64,000 nt of DNA from a virus, in IMG/VR virus record IMGVR_UViG_3300003690_002850, positions 68,285-132,284 of that record; one strand, written 5' to 3'. The position numbers and the translations under genes were made by a program. The notes under the pieces were generated by a model, which saw only the letters and a list, made by a program, of their open reading frames with translations, ran no database searches and was not told where the DNA came from. The number at the start of each line of letters is the position of its first letter. The stretch's first letter is position 1. Positions 48,138 through 56,828 of this stretch are shown one piece after another.

Positions 48138-48938
48138 ATGTTAGATACATTATTTGATAAAATATATGTAGTCTGGGGGAGGGATCCAGTTCGTAAAGAA
48201 TATATGCAGCAGCATTTACGAGCATGTAATATTGAAAATTATAAATTTGTTCGTAGTATTACTCCAGACAATTTATTTATTAAAGGGAAGGGCAAACGAA
48301 GAAAACTTAGATTTAAAAAATTATGGGATGTAGAAACATTAGCACCACCAGATGTACTTAAACCTAATGTAAAAGGTTCTCCATACCCAATGTCTTTAGC
48401 AGAGATATGTTGTACATATGGACATCTTAAAGCATGTAAAACGGCAATTAAAGACAAAGTAAATAATTTTCTTGTTATAGAAGATGATGCTGTGTTAAAT
48501 ATTGACTTGTGTAATAATGCTTTAGAGTGGAAGGAATATATTCCACCTGATTGGGATGTCCTTCATTTTCATTCTTGGCGGCCGTTTGATAGCAAAAGAG
48601 AGCCTGAGTTAGCTAAAAAAAGAAGTCAAGTTAATGATTATTTTTATACTGGGTTTAAAGAATATAGCGGTGCAGTTTGTTACTCTCTTACTACTAATAT
48701 TGCTAAGCAATTATTAACTCGATTTTATCCTATTATACTTATCTCAGACGGCATCATTGGTACTTTAAGTAGAACAGTTTTTGCTAGAAAATATTATAAA
48801 GCATATGTTTTTCATCCGTTTTTGTCTGAGGGTACTTTATTTGAAAGTCAAATTGACTCTGAAATACAACTTAGTAAAAAATTTATGACAAGAACTCAGC
48901 GCTATAAAATAGGAAATTTTAACCCTAATGTATTATAA
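48138..48938 (+). CDS. GT25-family glycosyltransferase
   Basis: FDKIYV, EICCTYGH, LVIEDDA, PPDWDVLHF, GAVCYSL. Confidence 0.8.
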   Translation: MLDTLFDKIYVVWGRDPVRKEYMQQHLRACNIENYKFVRSITPDNLFIKGKGKRRKLRFKKLWDVETLAPPDVLKPNVKGSPYPMSLAEICCTYGHLKACKTAIKDKVNNFLVIEDDAVLNIDLCNNALEWKEYIPPDWDVLHFHSWRPFDSKREPELAKKRSQVNDYFYTGFKEYSGAVCYSLTTNIAKQLLTRFYPIILISDGIIGTLSRTVFARKYYKAYVFHPFLSEGTLFESQIDSEIQLSKKFMTRTQRYKIGNFNPNVL

Positions 48939-49755
48939 AATTAAATTTATTATCAGTAATAATTTCATTAGTGTTTCCTCTGTCTTCGTTAAACATGCTA
49001 TATAGGTCGGTATGTTTGTTTGGATTTTTTAATCTATGTATTAATGCTTCAGTCCATTTAAAATGATATACTTTAAACGTTGTATCATATCGACGATGCG
49101 TCACACAGTCTTCCCAATATTCCGGATCGTCGCGTTTTATTTTATCACTAAGAAACACCGGTCGGTTCTGTTTAGCGTTCCAGAATATGTCGTGGTGTCC
49201 AATTCGTAATTCCAATTTAGCTTTTGATAGTAAAATTTTTGTCCAAGCAGCCCCTACAAAGTATCTTGTAATACCAGCTCCTTTTGGAAATTGATCAAAT
49301 AGATCTTCTGGGTACTCTACTTTTCGTAACACTCGATCGTTAGCAACTCTATCTTCAAATTCACCTCGTAAGGCATAATAATTATTTTTTTCTAAAAATT
49401 CAGCACAGTGCGGTATGTTATCAAAGTGTCCATATTCCATAAATTCATCTGGATCTGGAAACAGAATCCAATCTTCTTTATTGATCCCTTCTTGCCATTT
49501 TAATAAAAATATATTTGCTGGCAATATATCATATTTTTTTGAAATTAACTCCAGGTTCGGTATGCCGTGCGCAGCATTTATTTCTCGAAATTCTTCGAAG
49601 TTTTTTTTATAATTGGCCACCCCGCAAGGTATAATAGTGAAATTATTACAAGTAACTCCTAATTGTTTATAATAATCTATAAAGTGTTTATATAGATTTA
49701 AATCTGGGTATTCATTTTCATCCAAACTTAACATTGAAAATAAATGTATCTTCAT
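48925..49755 (-). CDS. GT2/GT92-like glycosyltransferase
   Basis: HFIDYYKQLGV, WILFPDPDEF, DR, GHH, VYHFKW. Confidence 0.65.
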   Translation of the reverse strand: MKIHLFSMLSLDENEYPDLNLYKHFIDYYKQLGVTCNNFTIIPCGVANYKKNFEEFREINAAHGIPNLELISKKYDILPANIFLLKWQEGINKEDWILFPDPDEFMEYGHFDNIPHCAEFLEKNNYYALRGEFEDRVANDRVLRKVEYPEDLFDQFPKGAGITRYFVGAAWTKILLSKAKLELRIGHHDIFWNAKQNRPVFLSDKIKRDDPEYWEDCVTHRRYDTTFKVYHFKWTEALIHRLKNPNKHTDLYSMFNEDRGNTNEIITDNKFNFIIH

Positions 49756-49764
49756 GTTGACATG

Positions 49765-49799
49765 TTGATTATTTCTAAGGCTATTCTATAATATTTAAT
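49765..49799 (+). promoter_or_regulatory. sigma70-like promoter TTGATT-N16-TATAAT, 7 nt before ATG
   Basis: TTGATT at 49765-70, TATAAT at 49787-92, ATG at 49800. Confidence 0.6.
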
Positions 49800-50387
49800 A
49801 TGATTTTAAAAGATATCGATCTGTATGATGGGAATTTAATTCACAATCGGTTTGCTTATAAATATTTTCGAAAAAAGACTCTCCCGATCGGGAATATTAT
49901 TGCGTTCCGGGCACCGATGAAGGTAGAAACGGAGGGAATGATCGACAATGAAGACCTTCTTAATAATGATTTCATTTATTCTGACGACGCTGTTAATTTT
50001 TGTTGGGAGCTTCCTAATTTATGCCCTATGGGTGCTGTCTTCTTTCAAAGATTATTCAATACGCAAATTGCGAACCTGTTATCAACGAAGTATCTCAAAG
50101 CTCCGATCGAAGTTGACGGGGATGACTTAATTGTACACAAAGAATTTGAGCAACATGGTATTATTCAACCGAAAGGCAAGTGTAGTGTGAGTATAACCTA
50201 TTCAAAAGACAATGTTGCGATTGGTCACACTGCAATTAACGTGCTAGCTGGTCACAAAGCACCATCTTTTGCGTTTTCCACCAACTTAACCGACAATCAA
50301 GTGGAAGAATTCATGAAAATTGTGGTGGATTTGTACTATTCCATGACGGACGATGCGTTTATTGCGACAACGAAGTTGACAGTGTAA
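49800..50387 (+). CDS. DUF366-like protein (biotin/lipoate ligase-like fold)
   Basis: YDG, IIAFRAP, MID.ED, I.SDD..NF..E, FQRL, GDDL, K.SVSI, GH..IN, AT.K. Confidence 0.65.
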   Translation: MILKDIDLYDGNLIHNRFAYKYFRKKTLPIGNIIAFRAPMKVETEGMIDNEDLLNNDFIYSDDAVNFCWELPNLCPMGAVFFQRLFNTQIANLLSTKYLKAPIEVDGDDLIVHKEFEQHGIIQPKGKCSVSITYSKDNVAIGHTAINVLAGHKAPSFAFSTNLTDNQVEEFMKIVVDLYYSMTDDAFIATTKLTV

Positions 50388-50396
50388 GTCTTGGTT

Positions 50397-50502
50397 CTAT
50401 GGCTAGATTTTTTTTGCAAAAACCGGGCGAACCCCCATTTTGGCGGTTTTGGAATTTAGTTTTTTTAGTTTGTGCCTATGGTCCAAATTTTTTTTGCAAA
50501 AA
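50397..50502. repeat. two direct repeats CTATGG-N-TTTTTTTGCAAAAA, 80 bp apart, each containing the palindrome TTTTTGCAAAAA
   Basis: palindromes at 50411-50422 and 50491-50502; AAAACCG/CGGTTTT inverted repeat at 50419-50450. Confidence 0.8.
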
Positions 50503-50543
50503 TTGTATAAAAATCATTTATTAGGTTTTAGACTGTCTGTATT

Positions 50544-50924
50544 ATGAAGCAAGCGAGTAATTTTTTTGATTTTGTAACTAATATTTTATTTGAACGGGAT
50601 AAAATTGATATAGACGTTACATCTGCACAGATTTATTCTCCATATATAGTGAACAGGTATGTGACGTTTGCTGATACTCGATTTGTTCCGTTAATAAACA
50701 ATAGTGTTAATATGTACGGGTCGGCTTTTAGTATAAATGTTGATCATTATAATTTTTTACATTCTTTAATTCCAAAAACAAAAAGAAAATATATTAATTA
50801 TACTAAAAAAATAAAAAGAGATAAAATTACATATGAAAGGGTATGTAAACAATATGAATTGTCACAACGTGAAGTGGATTTGTATTCGGAAACATTTAAG
50901 ATAAATATTAAAAAATATGAATGA
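50544..50924 (+). CDS. gp62: clamp loader small subunit (gp62-like)
   Basis: YSPYIVNRY...N...HYNFL..LIPK.KR.YI.Y.KK pattern. Confidence 0.65.
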   Translation: MKQASNFFDFVTNILFERDKIDIDVTSAQIYSPYIVNRYVTFADTRFVPLINNSVNMYGSAFSINVDHYNFLHSLIPKTKRKYINYTKKIKRDKITYERVCKQYELSQREVDLYSETFKINIKKYE

Positions 50925-51408
50925 GAAAAAGGTAAAACAAAAATATGAACAAGCGTTAGATAAGTTAGACTTAACTGACAGTGAACGTGATGCTTTTGAT
51001 CATGACGCAAAGCGTAGTTTAATTGATTTAGAGACGTATCAAGAGACTGATACATTTAGTCTTCAAGGATATAAATTGAGCAAAGTTATGGATGATATTG
51101 TTTTAGCACAATATGTAGATTTATCAAACGACGGTCGGTCTGTTATACGAAACGGTATACATATTCCACTATCTCAAGTTAAGCGTACATGGCGGTTAGC
51201 AAGAGTTGTTCTTGTCGGGCCGCTATGTAAATATACGTCACCAGGTGATGTTGTTTGTTTTCCAGATGATAAAGGTATTAAGGTCGATAATCTCCGAGTA
51301 GTTGGTTATGATCGATCTCTAAGAGATTGTCTCTTTTTAAACGAGCAACGTTTTTTTGGTATTTGTCAGGACTTAGACGACGATGATAACCAGCCTAGCA
51401 AGTCTTAA
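50917..51408 (+). CDS. GroES-like co-chaperonin
   Basis: DDIVL...RNGIHIP...ARVVLVGP...GDVVCFP...FLNEQRFFG. Confidence 0.6.
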   Translation: MNEKKVKQKYEQALDKLDLTDSERDAFDHDAKRSLIDLETYQETDTFSLQGYKLSKVMDDIVLAQYVDLSNDGRSVIRNGIHIPLSQVKRTWRLARVVLVGPLCKYTSPGDVVCFPDDKGIKVDNLRVVGYDRSLRDCLFLNEQRFFGICQDLDDDDNQPSKS

Positions 51409-51760
51409 AGCTATATTATTAGATAAGGTGTGTGAGGTAAAGTTTGTAAGACGGAACCCTAAGCCTGGTCGACCCGCCACTAGACGAATGTTATGTACTA
51501 ATAATGTACAGCTTTTAAATTCTGTGGAAGGTCGTACTACTTTAAATTATGATCCGCCCCGCGAAGCTCCGAATTATAATCCTAATCAAGAAAATTTAAT
51601 TGTAGTTTGGGATATCTTAATGCAAGGTTATAGGACTATAAATTGCGATACAGTAGATTTAATTAGTACATTAGAAGCAGATGAAACGTTTTGGGTATAT
51701 TTAAATGAGAAAATCGCTCCAATGTCTGCAGGTGAGAAAATGGGATTTATGAATACATGA
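51383..51760 (+). CDS. Sm/SH3-like (WYL_2-type) phage protein
   Basis: VCEVKF.RR...RRMLCT...VWDI..QGYRTI. Confidence 0.5.
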   Translation: MITSLASLKAILLDKVCEVKFVRRNPKPGRPATRRMLCTNNVQLLNSVEGRTTLNYDPPREAPNYNPNQENLIVVWDILMQGYRTINCDTVDLISTLEADETFWVYLNEKIAPMSAGEKMGFMNT

Positions 51761-52083
51761 CGTACGAAGATATTGATAACACATTAAAAAGGCTATTACT
51801 TACTACCGTTAAGATTACATCTAAAAAACGGACTCTTGGTATCGGACAAATTATGTTATATGATATGAAAGATTTTAATATTAAATTATTATTTAGCAAT
51901 AATAAAAAAGTAGAACTATTATATCCTTTTAATATCATTATTGATAAAAAAATAACTTATTTTGATTATACTTTACAACACATACATCAGGATGATATTA
52001 TATGGAAAGCACGTCTTAATCGATTAATTAAAAACAAACGCAATAAATATCATGACTTGCTTCTCTCTATAGAGATATTATAA
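51757..52083 (+). CDS. hypothetical protein
   Basis: 108-aa ORF, ATGA-coupled to the upstream gene. Confidence 0.6.
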   Translation: MTYEDIDNTLKRLLLTTVKITSKKRTLGIGQIMLYDMKDFNIKLLFSNNKKVELLYPFNIIIDKKITYFDYTLQHIHQDDIIWKARLNRLIKNKRNKYHDLLLSIEIL

Positions 52084-52090
52084 TATACAA
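52057..52090 (+). promoter_or_regulatory. sigma70-like promoter TTGCTT-N16-TATAAT, 6 nt before ATG
   Basis: TTGCTT at 52057-62, TATAAT at 52079-84, ATG at 52091. Confidence 0.6.
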
Positions 52091-53728
52091 ATGGGTCTTA
52101 AAAATTTCCCGAAAGGGTATATTCCGTCCTCGAGTCAGCAATATGCCATACCTAATATACTTGATGCGTTCAAGGAAAAAAAGTTCGTTGTTATGCAAGG
52201 ACCGACTGGTTGTGGAAAGAGCTTTGTCGCAAAGACAATAGCAAACGGATTACAAAAATTACCATCTAGGTTATCAAATCTAGTTTCTGATTATAGAGCG
52301 TTTGAGACGTCTTGGGATAATGGTAAATTAGTCTATGAATATGCAGACGACTTCGCGAATAAAAATTATGGTACATCAATATTAACAACAACAAAAGCAT
52401 TACAAGATCAGTATACTAAAGATTTTAAAGATATAAAACCTCTTAAAGGTAAGGGCTCGTATATTTGTAATTTAGATGGTCGGAGTTTTGCAGATGCGGC
52501 TCCATGTATCTTTAGTTCTAAATTAAAAAGGGAATGCTGGGACTGTAATAGATGTGATTATTATGAAGATAAAAATAAATCTATTATTGCAAAGATAAGC
52601 GTAGAGAATTATTCGAGCTTTTTTCATAAACCTGATCATTTAAAATATAGACAGCTTATTGTATGTGATGAGGCTTCAGAATTAGAAAATATAATTGTTA
52701 GTCGGTTTAGTTGTAGTATTGAATTAGGTAAGTTAAATAGATATAATTTTAGTTTATTGTATTCATCTAACAGGAAACGGTTTCATAATAATTTAATTAC
52801 ATTACACAGTGAATTAGAAAGTAGGTATGTTGAATTGCTTCGAATGCTTGAAAAACATTCTGATACAATAAGTGATGCAGTAAAGAAAGAATTTAAATTT
52901 ATTGCTGATTTAAAAAGAGATTTGTCTCTTGTTATTCATACCTGGCCTCAATCTGAATATATTATTAATAAAGCTTTTATTCATAATAAAAAATATATAC
53001 AATTAATACCTAAAAAGATTGATGGGCTAGCCCAGCACTTATTTAAATATGCCGACAAGGTTCTTTTTATGTCTGCTACGTTTGTTGATTATAGGCGCGT
53101 CATGAGAAATCTCGGAGTCGCAGAACAAGATTTTAAATATATAGATTTACCTTCATCGTTTGACCCGACCCTTTCTCCAATTATATTTGGTATATTTCAA
53201 CTTTCAAAAAAGAATATTGATAGATATTTTCCTAAGATTGTTAAGTGTGTGGAGCAAATTTTAGAAGAACATAAGGATGTAAAAGGGTTAATTCATACTC
53301 AGTCAAATGTTTTAACTTTAAAGTTAAAAGATCAATTGAAAAATGATAGAGTATTATATCGTATAAAAGGTGATAAAGATAATATAGACATATTAACTGA
53401 ACACTCTAACAGTTCTAAGCCTACTGTTTTAGCGAGCCCGTCATTAAATTTCGGAGTTGATTTAAAAGGTGATGCCGCTCGGTTTTGTATTATTATTAAA
53501 TGTCCATGGCCAGATTTAGGAGATGTAAGAGTAAAAGAGATGTCAAAAAACGATTATAAATGGTATACGAATAAAATGTTCACTACATTTATTCAACAGT
53601 GTGGAAGGTGTACTAGAGATGAAAATGATTATAGTACTACATATGTTATTGATGCTGGAGCCATAAGAAAGTTATTACCGGAGTATAGAAGTTTACTACC
53701 AGATTATTTTTTAGACCGTTTTATTTAA
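52091..53728 (+). CDS. DinG/XPD-like SF2 helicase with a Cys cluster
   Basis: Q-motif, GPTGCGKS, LQDQY, KGKGSY.C..C..C...C, CDEAS, MSAT, GVDL, QQCGRCTR. Confidence 0.88.
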   Translation: MGLKNFPKGYIPSSSQQYAIPNILDAFKEKKFVVMQGPTGCGKSFVAKTIANGLQKLPSRLSNLVSDYRAFETSWDNGKLVYEYADDFANKNYGTSILTTTKALQDQYTKDFKDIKPLKGKGSYICNLDGRSFADAAPCIFSSKLKRECWDCNRCDYYEDKNKSIIAKISVENYSSFFHKPDHLKYRQLIVCDEASELENIIVSRFSCSIELGKLNRYNFSLLYSSNRKRFHNNLITLHSELESRYVELLRMLEKHSDTISDAVKKEFKFIADLKRDLSLVIHTWPQSEYIINKAFIHNKKYIQLIPKKIDGLAQHLFKYADKVLFMSATFVDYRRVMRNLGVAEQDFKYIDLPSSFDPTLSPIIFGIFQLSKKNIDRYFPKIVKCVEQILEEHKDVKGLIHTQSNVLTLKLKDQLKNDRVLYRIKGDKDNIDILTEHSNSSKPTVLASPSLNFGVDLKGDAARFCIIIKCPWPDLGDVRVKEMSKNDYKWYTNKMFTTFIQQCGRCTRDENDYSTTYVIDAGAIRKLLPEYRSLLPDYFLDRFI

Positions 53729-53740
53729 TAAATATTTATA

Positions 53741-54421
53741 ATGAAAAACCAATATTATGGTTTTGAGCTGAAAGACATGATACGGCAGTTTATTACTGCT
53801 TTTAATAGCATTATCATTAATAGGTACAATAAGTCTAAAACGGTAGTTGACCAGCTTAAAGTTGGTTTTTATTATGGACCAAAAGAAAGAGCACTTCAAG
53901 ACATAGTTAATAAAGCTCAGTCTTTGAAGCTTCCTACGATTGCAGTTCATTATACTTCTATTTCTCGAGATCCAGAAAGAGTGTTTAATAAGATCCCTGG
54001 ATTTTATTATACTAAAGCACCTTCAGTTAGTGCAGGTTCATTTGATTCAGATCTTTTAAAGACTCCTATCCCAATTAATATAGGTATATCAATGTCTATA
54101 ATGACAAAATTTCAGACTGACATGGATCAAATTTTAAGTAATTTTGTACCTTATAATAATCCATATATTATTATAAGCTGGAAAGTACCATCATCTCAAA
54201 ATTTAGCTAGTGATCTAGAAATTAGAACCGAGGTGCTGTGGGACGGTACTTTGAGCTTAGATTATCCCGTTGAGGTGTCTAGTACTCAACCAGCAAGAAT
54301 TATTGCTAATACAAATTTCACAATGAAAGGCTGGTTATTTAAAGGTGCCTCGACTGATGTTAAAAATATATTTGTTATCGATCAGGATTACATACCAGTG
54401 AATACATTTGAGTATAGTTAA
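53741..54421 (+). CDS. gp15: tail sheath stabilizer/terminator (gp15-like)
   Basis: F...FNSI.I.R, YGPKE, LP, RDPER..NK, P.P.NI, DQIL.NF.PY; TAAATA at 53729 upstream. Confidence 0.8.
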   Translation: MKNQYYGFELKDMIRQFITAFNSIIINRYNKSKTVVDQLKVGFYYGPKERALQDIVNKAQSLKLPTIAVHYTSISRDPERVFNKIPGFYYTKAPSVSAGSFDSDLLKTPIPINIGISMSIMTKFQTDMDQILSNFVPYNNPYIIISWKVPSSQNLASDLEIRTEVLWDGTLSLDYPVEVSSTQPARIIANTNFTMKGWLFKGASTDVKNIFVIDQDYIPVNTFEYS

Positions 54422-54423
54422 TT

Positions 54424-54897
54424 ATGCCTGGTCATATAAAAATACCTGCTGCGCATGACGGTGATCAAGAGAATCATATATTAAATGCAAAGCCAGAATT
54501 TACTAAGAGTAATGTTTCTGTTCTTTGTGGTTTCCAAAGCACTAGAATATTTGAAGGTTATAATTTTGATTCTGTAACAACAATAATGTTGAGTACTGTT
54601 GCTGGTGAGAATTTATTTCTCGAGCCGCTCGTTGGTATTGGCAGCTCAGAGCGAACAAGTACTCAACCAGTTTATAGTGTATTGGGGTATGATTTAAGTA
54701 AACGTACTATTGACCCTTTACCTATAGGGACGTGGAAAATAAATAGTTTTAATCGTATAACTATTGCAATTCCAGAATTAACTGCAATGTGCTATCTGGG
54801 TATAGTAGCAATTAATGCTGCTGGCTTTGGAACAACAGTACTTACAGTATCATCTGATACGCGACCAAATCAATTATACGTGAGGTATTATGAGTAA
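54424..54897 (+). CDS. putative virion protein, paralog 1
   Basis: shares PEFT, CGF..TR.FEGYNFDS, MLSTV, TIDP, PELTA and IN.AGF with 56348..56827. Confidence 0.6.
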   Translation: MPGHIKIPAAHDGDQENHILNAKPEFTKSNVSVLCGFQSTRIFEGYNFDSVTTIMLSTVAGENLFLEPLVGIGSSERTSTQPVYSVLGYDLSKRTIDPLPIGTWKINSFNRITIAIPELTAMCYLGIVAINAAGFGTTVLTVSSDTRPNQLYVRYYE

Positions 54898-56341
54898 TTA
54901 TAGTGAACAACAGCGAGAGCTTGTACAAAGTAAAATTAATACTTTACATACTTCTAATCCAAATTGGCGTGCTATAGGTATAAGTGGTAAGATAAAAAAT
55001 AATATTTTAACAGATGAGTTAGCTATCGTATTATTAGTAGATAAAAAATTACCTGTTGATCAGATTGATAGTAATAATTTATTTCCTGAAAGTATTACTA
55101 TACCTGGAATAGATACCCCGATAAAAACAGATGTACAGGAAACCGATATTGATGTTAAAGGATTAACGTGTTATACTAAACCTGACCCTGCTGATGATGA
55201 GGATACATGGGAAATGCCTATTGGTGGTCATATGAAAACACATAGACCATTAGTAGGAGGTATATCGTGCAGTATTTTTGGGCCACGTGGTTATGATCAC
55301 CCTGTGTATACAACCATGGATGTAGGTACTTTAGGAGGTTTTGCTATAGATTTAGATGATAATACTATTGTAGGTGTAAGTAATAATCACGTTATAGGTG
55401 GAAGCCAAGTTCGTGGAGATGAATTGTCTGCATATACTAATTCAACAGGTTTAACATTTTGGTCTATACTCTCTGCTAATGACACTACTCCTGCTCCTGG
55501 AGAAATCAGATACCCGGTTTATCAAAGATCGAATTATGACAAGTATACAGATTCAAAATCAGTCTTAGATACTTTAAAAGTAGGCACTGTAAAAAGAGCT
55601 TACCCTTTTACAGCAGATAATAATTCATTAGATATTGCAATTTTTGCATTAGATACTACAGTCAGTAATCTTGCAAGTAGAACTGAAAATTGGAAACAGT
55701 ATTTACTTGCAAGACAAGATATAGATGGAGCAATGGATTGGGCGACAAGGAACGAAATATATAGCTTAGTCCCGGAACCATATGGTTCTGGTACAAACTT
55801 AGGTGCTCCTGTTTTTCATTCAAGTAGATCTACCGGACCTCTCGGCTGGCCCGGTAGTCATCCATATGGTTCTTTTGCCTGTACTTTAAGTGTTTTGGGT
55901 CTATATACTACATATGCAGATCTGGACTTTCCAGCTTGGTGGGGAGTAGATCCAGTAAACTACCCAGGTCGTCATCGATTTACAGATCAACTTGTTATAT
56001 CTAGTTATTCTGGTCAAGCTGCTGACCATGGAGACTCTGGTAGTTTTGTATGTGCACTATTTAATGGAGGTAATGTTGCTCTATCTGCATGGAAAGTTAT
56101 TGGGTTATTATTTGCTGGTACTAGTAGAACTTTTTTCGCAAATAGAATAGATACTATAGCTGCCAAATTTAATTTGTCTGCATATAAAGGTGAAGATTTA
56201 GATATAGGATATAAAAATGTAGATATTAAGGTTGTAAATAGCCGACAATCTGCAGTAACAGCAGAGATAGGTGGTAATATGTATTGGCAAGTAGGGTCTA
56301 CTAATGATTTTGGAAAGCATTATTCAAATTTTGGTGAGTAA
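54890..56341 (+). CDS. trypsin-like (Nal1-type) serine protease
   Basis: RPLVGGIS, GTLGG, SNNHV (His), LDIA (Asp), GDSGS (Ser), IGLLFAG; N-terminal V.KK.P...TDV.E domain. Confidence 0.8.
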   Translation: MSNYSEQQRELVQSKINTLHTSNPNWRAIGISGKIKNNILTDELAIVLLVDKKLPVDQIDSNNLFPESITIPGIDTPIKTDVQETDIDVKGLTCYTKPDPADDEDTWEMPIGGHMKTHRPLVGGISCSIFGPRGYDHPVYTTMDVGTLGGFAIDLDDNTIVGVSNNHVIGGSQVRGDELSAYTNSTGLTFWSILSANDTTPAPGEIRYPVYQRSNYDKYTDSKSVLDTLKVGTVKRAYPFTADNNSLDIAIFALDTTVSNLASRTENWKQYLLARQDIDGAMDWATRNEIYSLVPEPYGSGTNLGAPVFHSSRSTGPLGWPGSHPYGSFACTLSVLGLYTTYADLDFPAWWGVDPVNYPGRHRFTDQLVISSYSGQAADHGDSGSFVCALFNGGNVALSAWKVIGLLFAGTSRTFFANRIDTIAAKFNLSAYKGEDLDIGYKNVDIKVVNSRQSAVTAEIGGNMYWQVGSTNDFGKHYSNFGE

Positions 56342-56347
56342 TTTAAT

Positions 56348-56827
56348 ATGAGTAAGTTTATAACATATAATGAAACATTAACTAGTGTTTTAACTAGTGG
56401 TACATTTGATCATAGAGAGTTGTCTGGTCGACCTGAGTTTACTGGAGGTAATACATATACAACTCTTGCCTGTGGGTTCTCTGGTACTAGATTTTTTGAA
56501 GGTTATAATTTTGACTCCTTGGAAGGAGTAATGTTAAGTACTGTTAGTAATATAGATATATTTAAAATTGGACACACAATAGGGCCTTTGAGTACTGCAA
56601 CATCACTTCCATATTTATGTGGTGGCTCGACAATTGACCCAGCATTGAATGGGTATTTCCTAACTACAGGTACAAGCGCTGGCACTTATGCATTAAATAA
56701 CTATAATAGTATGTCTGTTGCGTTTCCAGAGTTAACTGCAACTGGTATTATAGATGTAGTACCAATTAATGAAGCTGGATTTACAACATTACTGAAGGAT
56801 ATAAATACAACAATAACAATAAATTAA
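56348..56827 (+). CDS. putative virion protein, paralog 2
   Basis: paralog of 54424..54897. Confidence 0.6.
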   Translation: MSKFITYNETLTSVLTSGTFDHRELSGRPEFTGGNTYTTLACGFSGTRFFEGYNFDSLEGVMLSTVSNIDIFKIGHTIGPLSTATSLPYLCGGSTIDPALNGYFLTTGTSAGTYALNNYNSMSVAFPELTATGIIDVVPINEAGFTTLLKDINTTITIN

Positions 56828-56828
56828 G

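Noticed and set aside
24905-49755. Island as a bacterial capsule/LPS locus or giant-virus contig
   Set aside because: Flanked on both sides by T4-like core genes with similar AT content and tight overlaps, and no transport or polymerase genes; a chimera cannot be fully excluded without reads
50388-50543. tRNA in the intergenic gap
   Set aside because: No cloverleaf, T-loop GTTCRA or acceptor stem found
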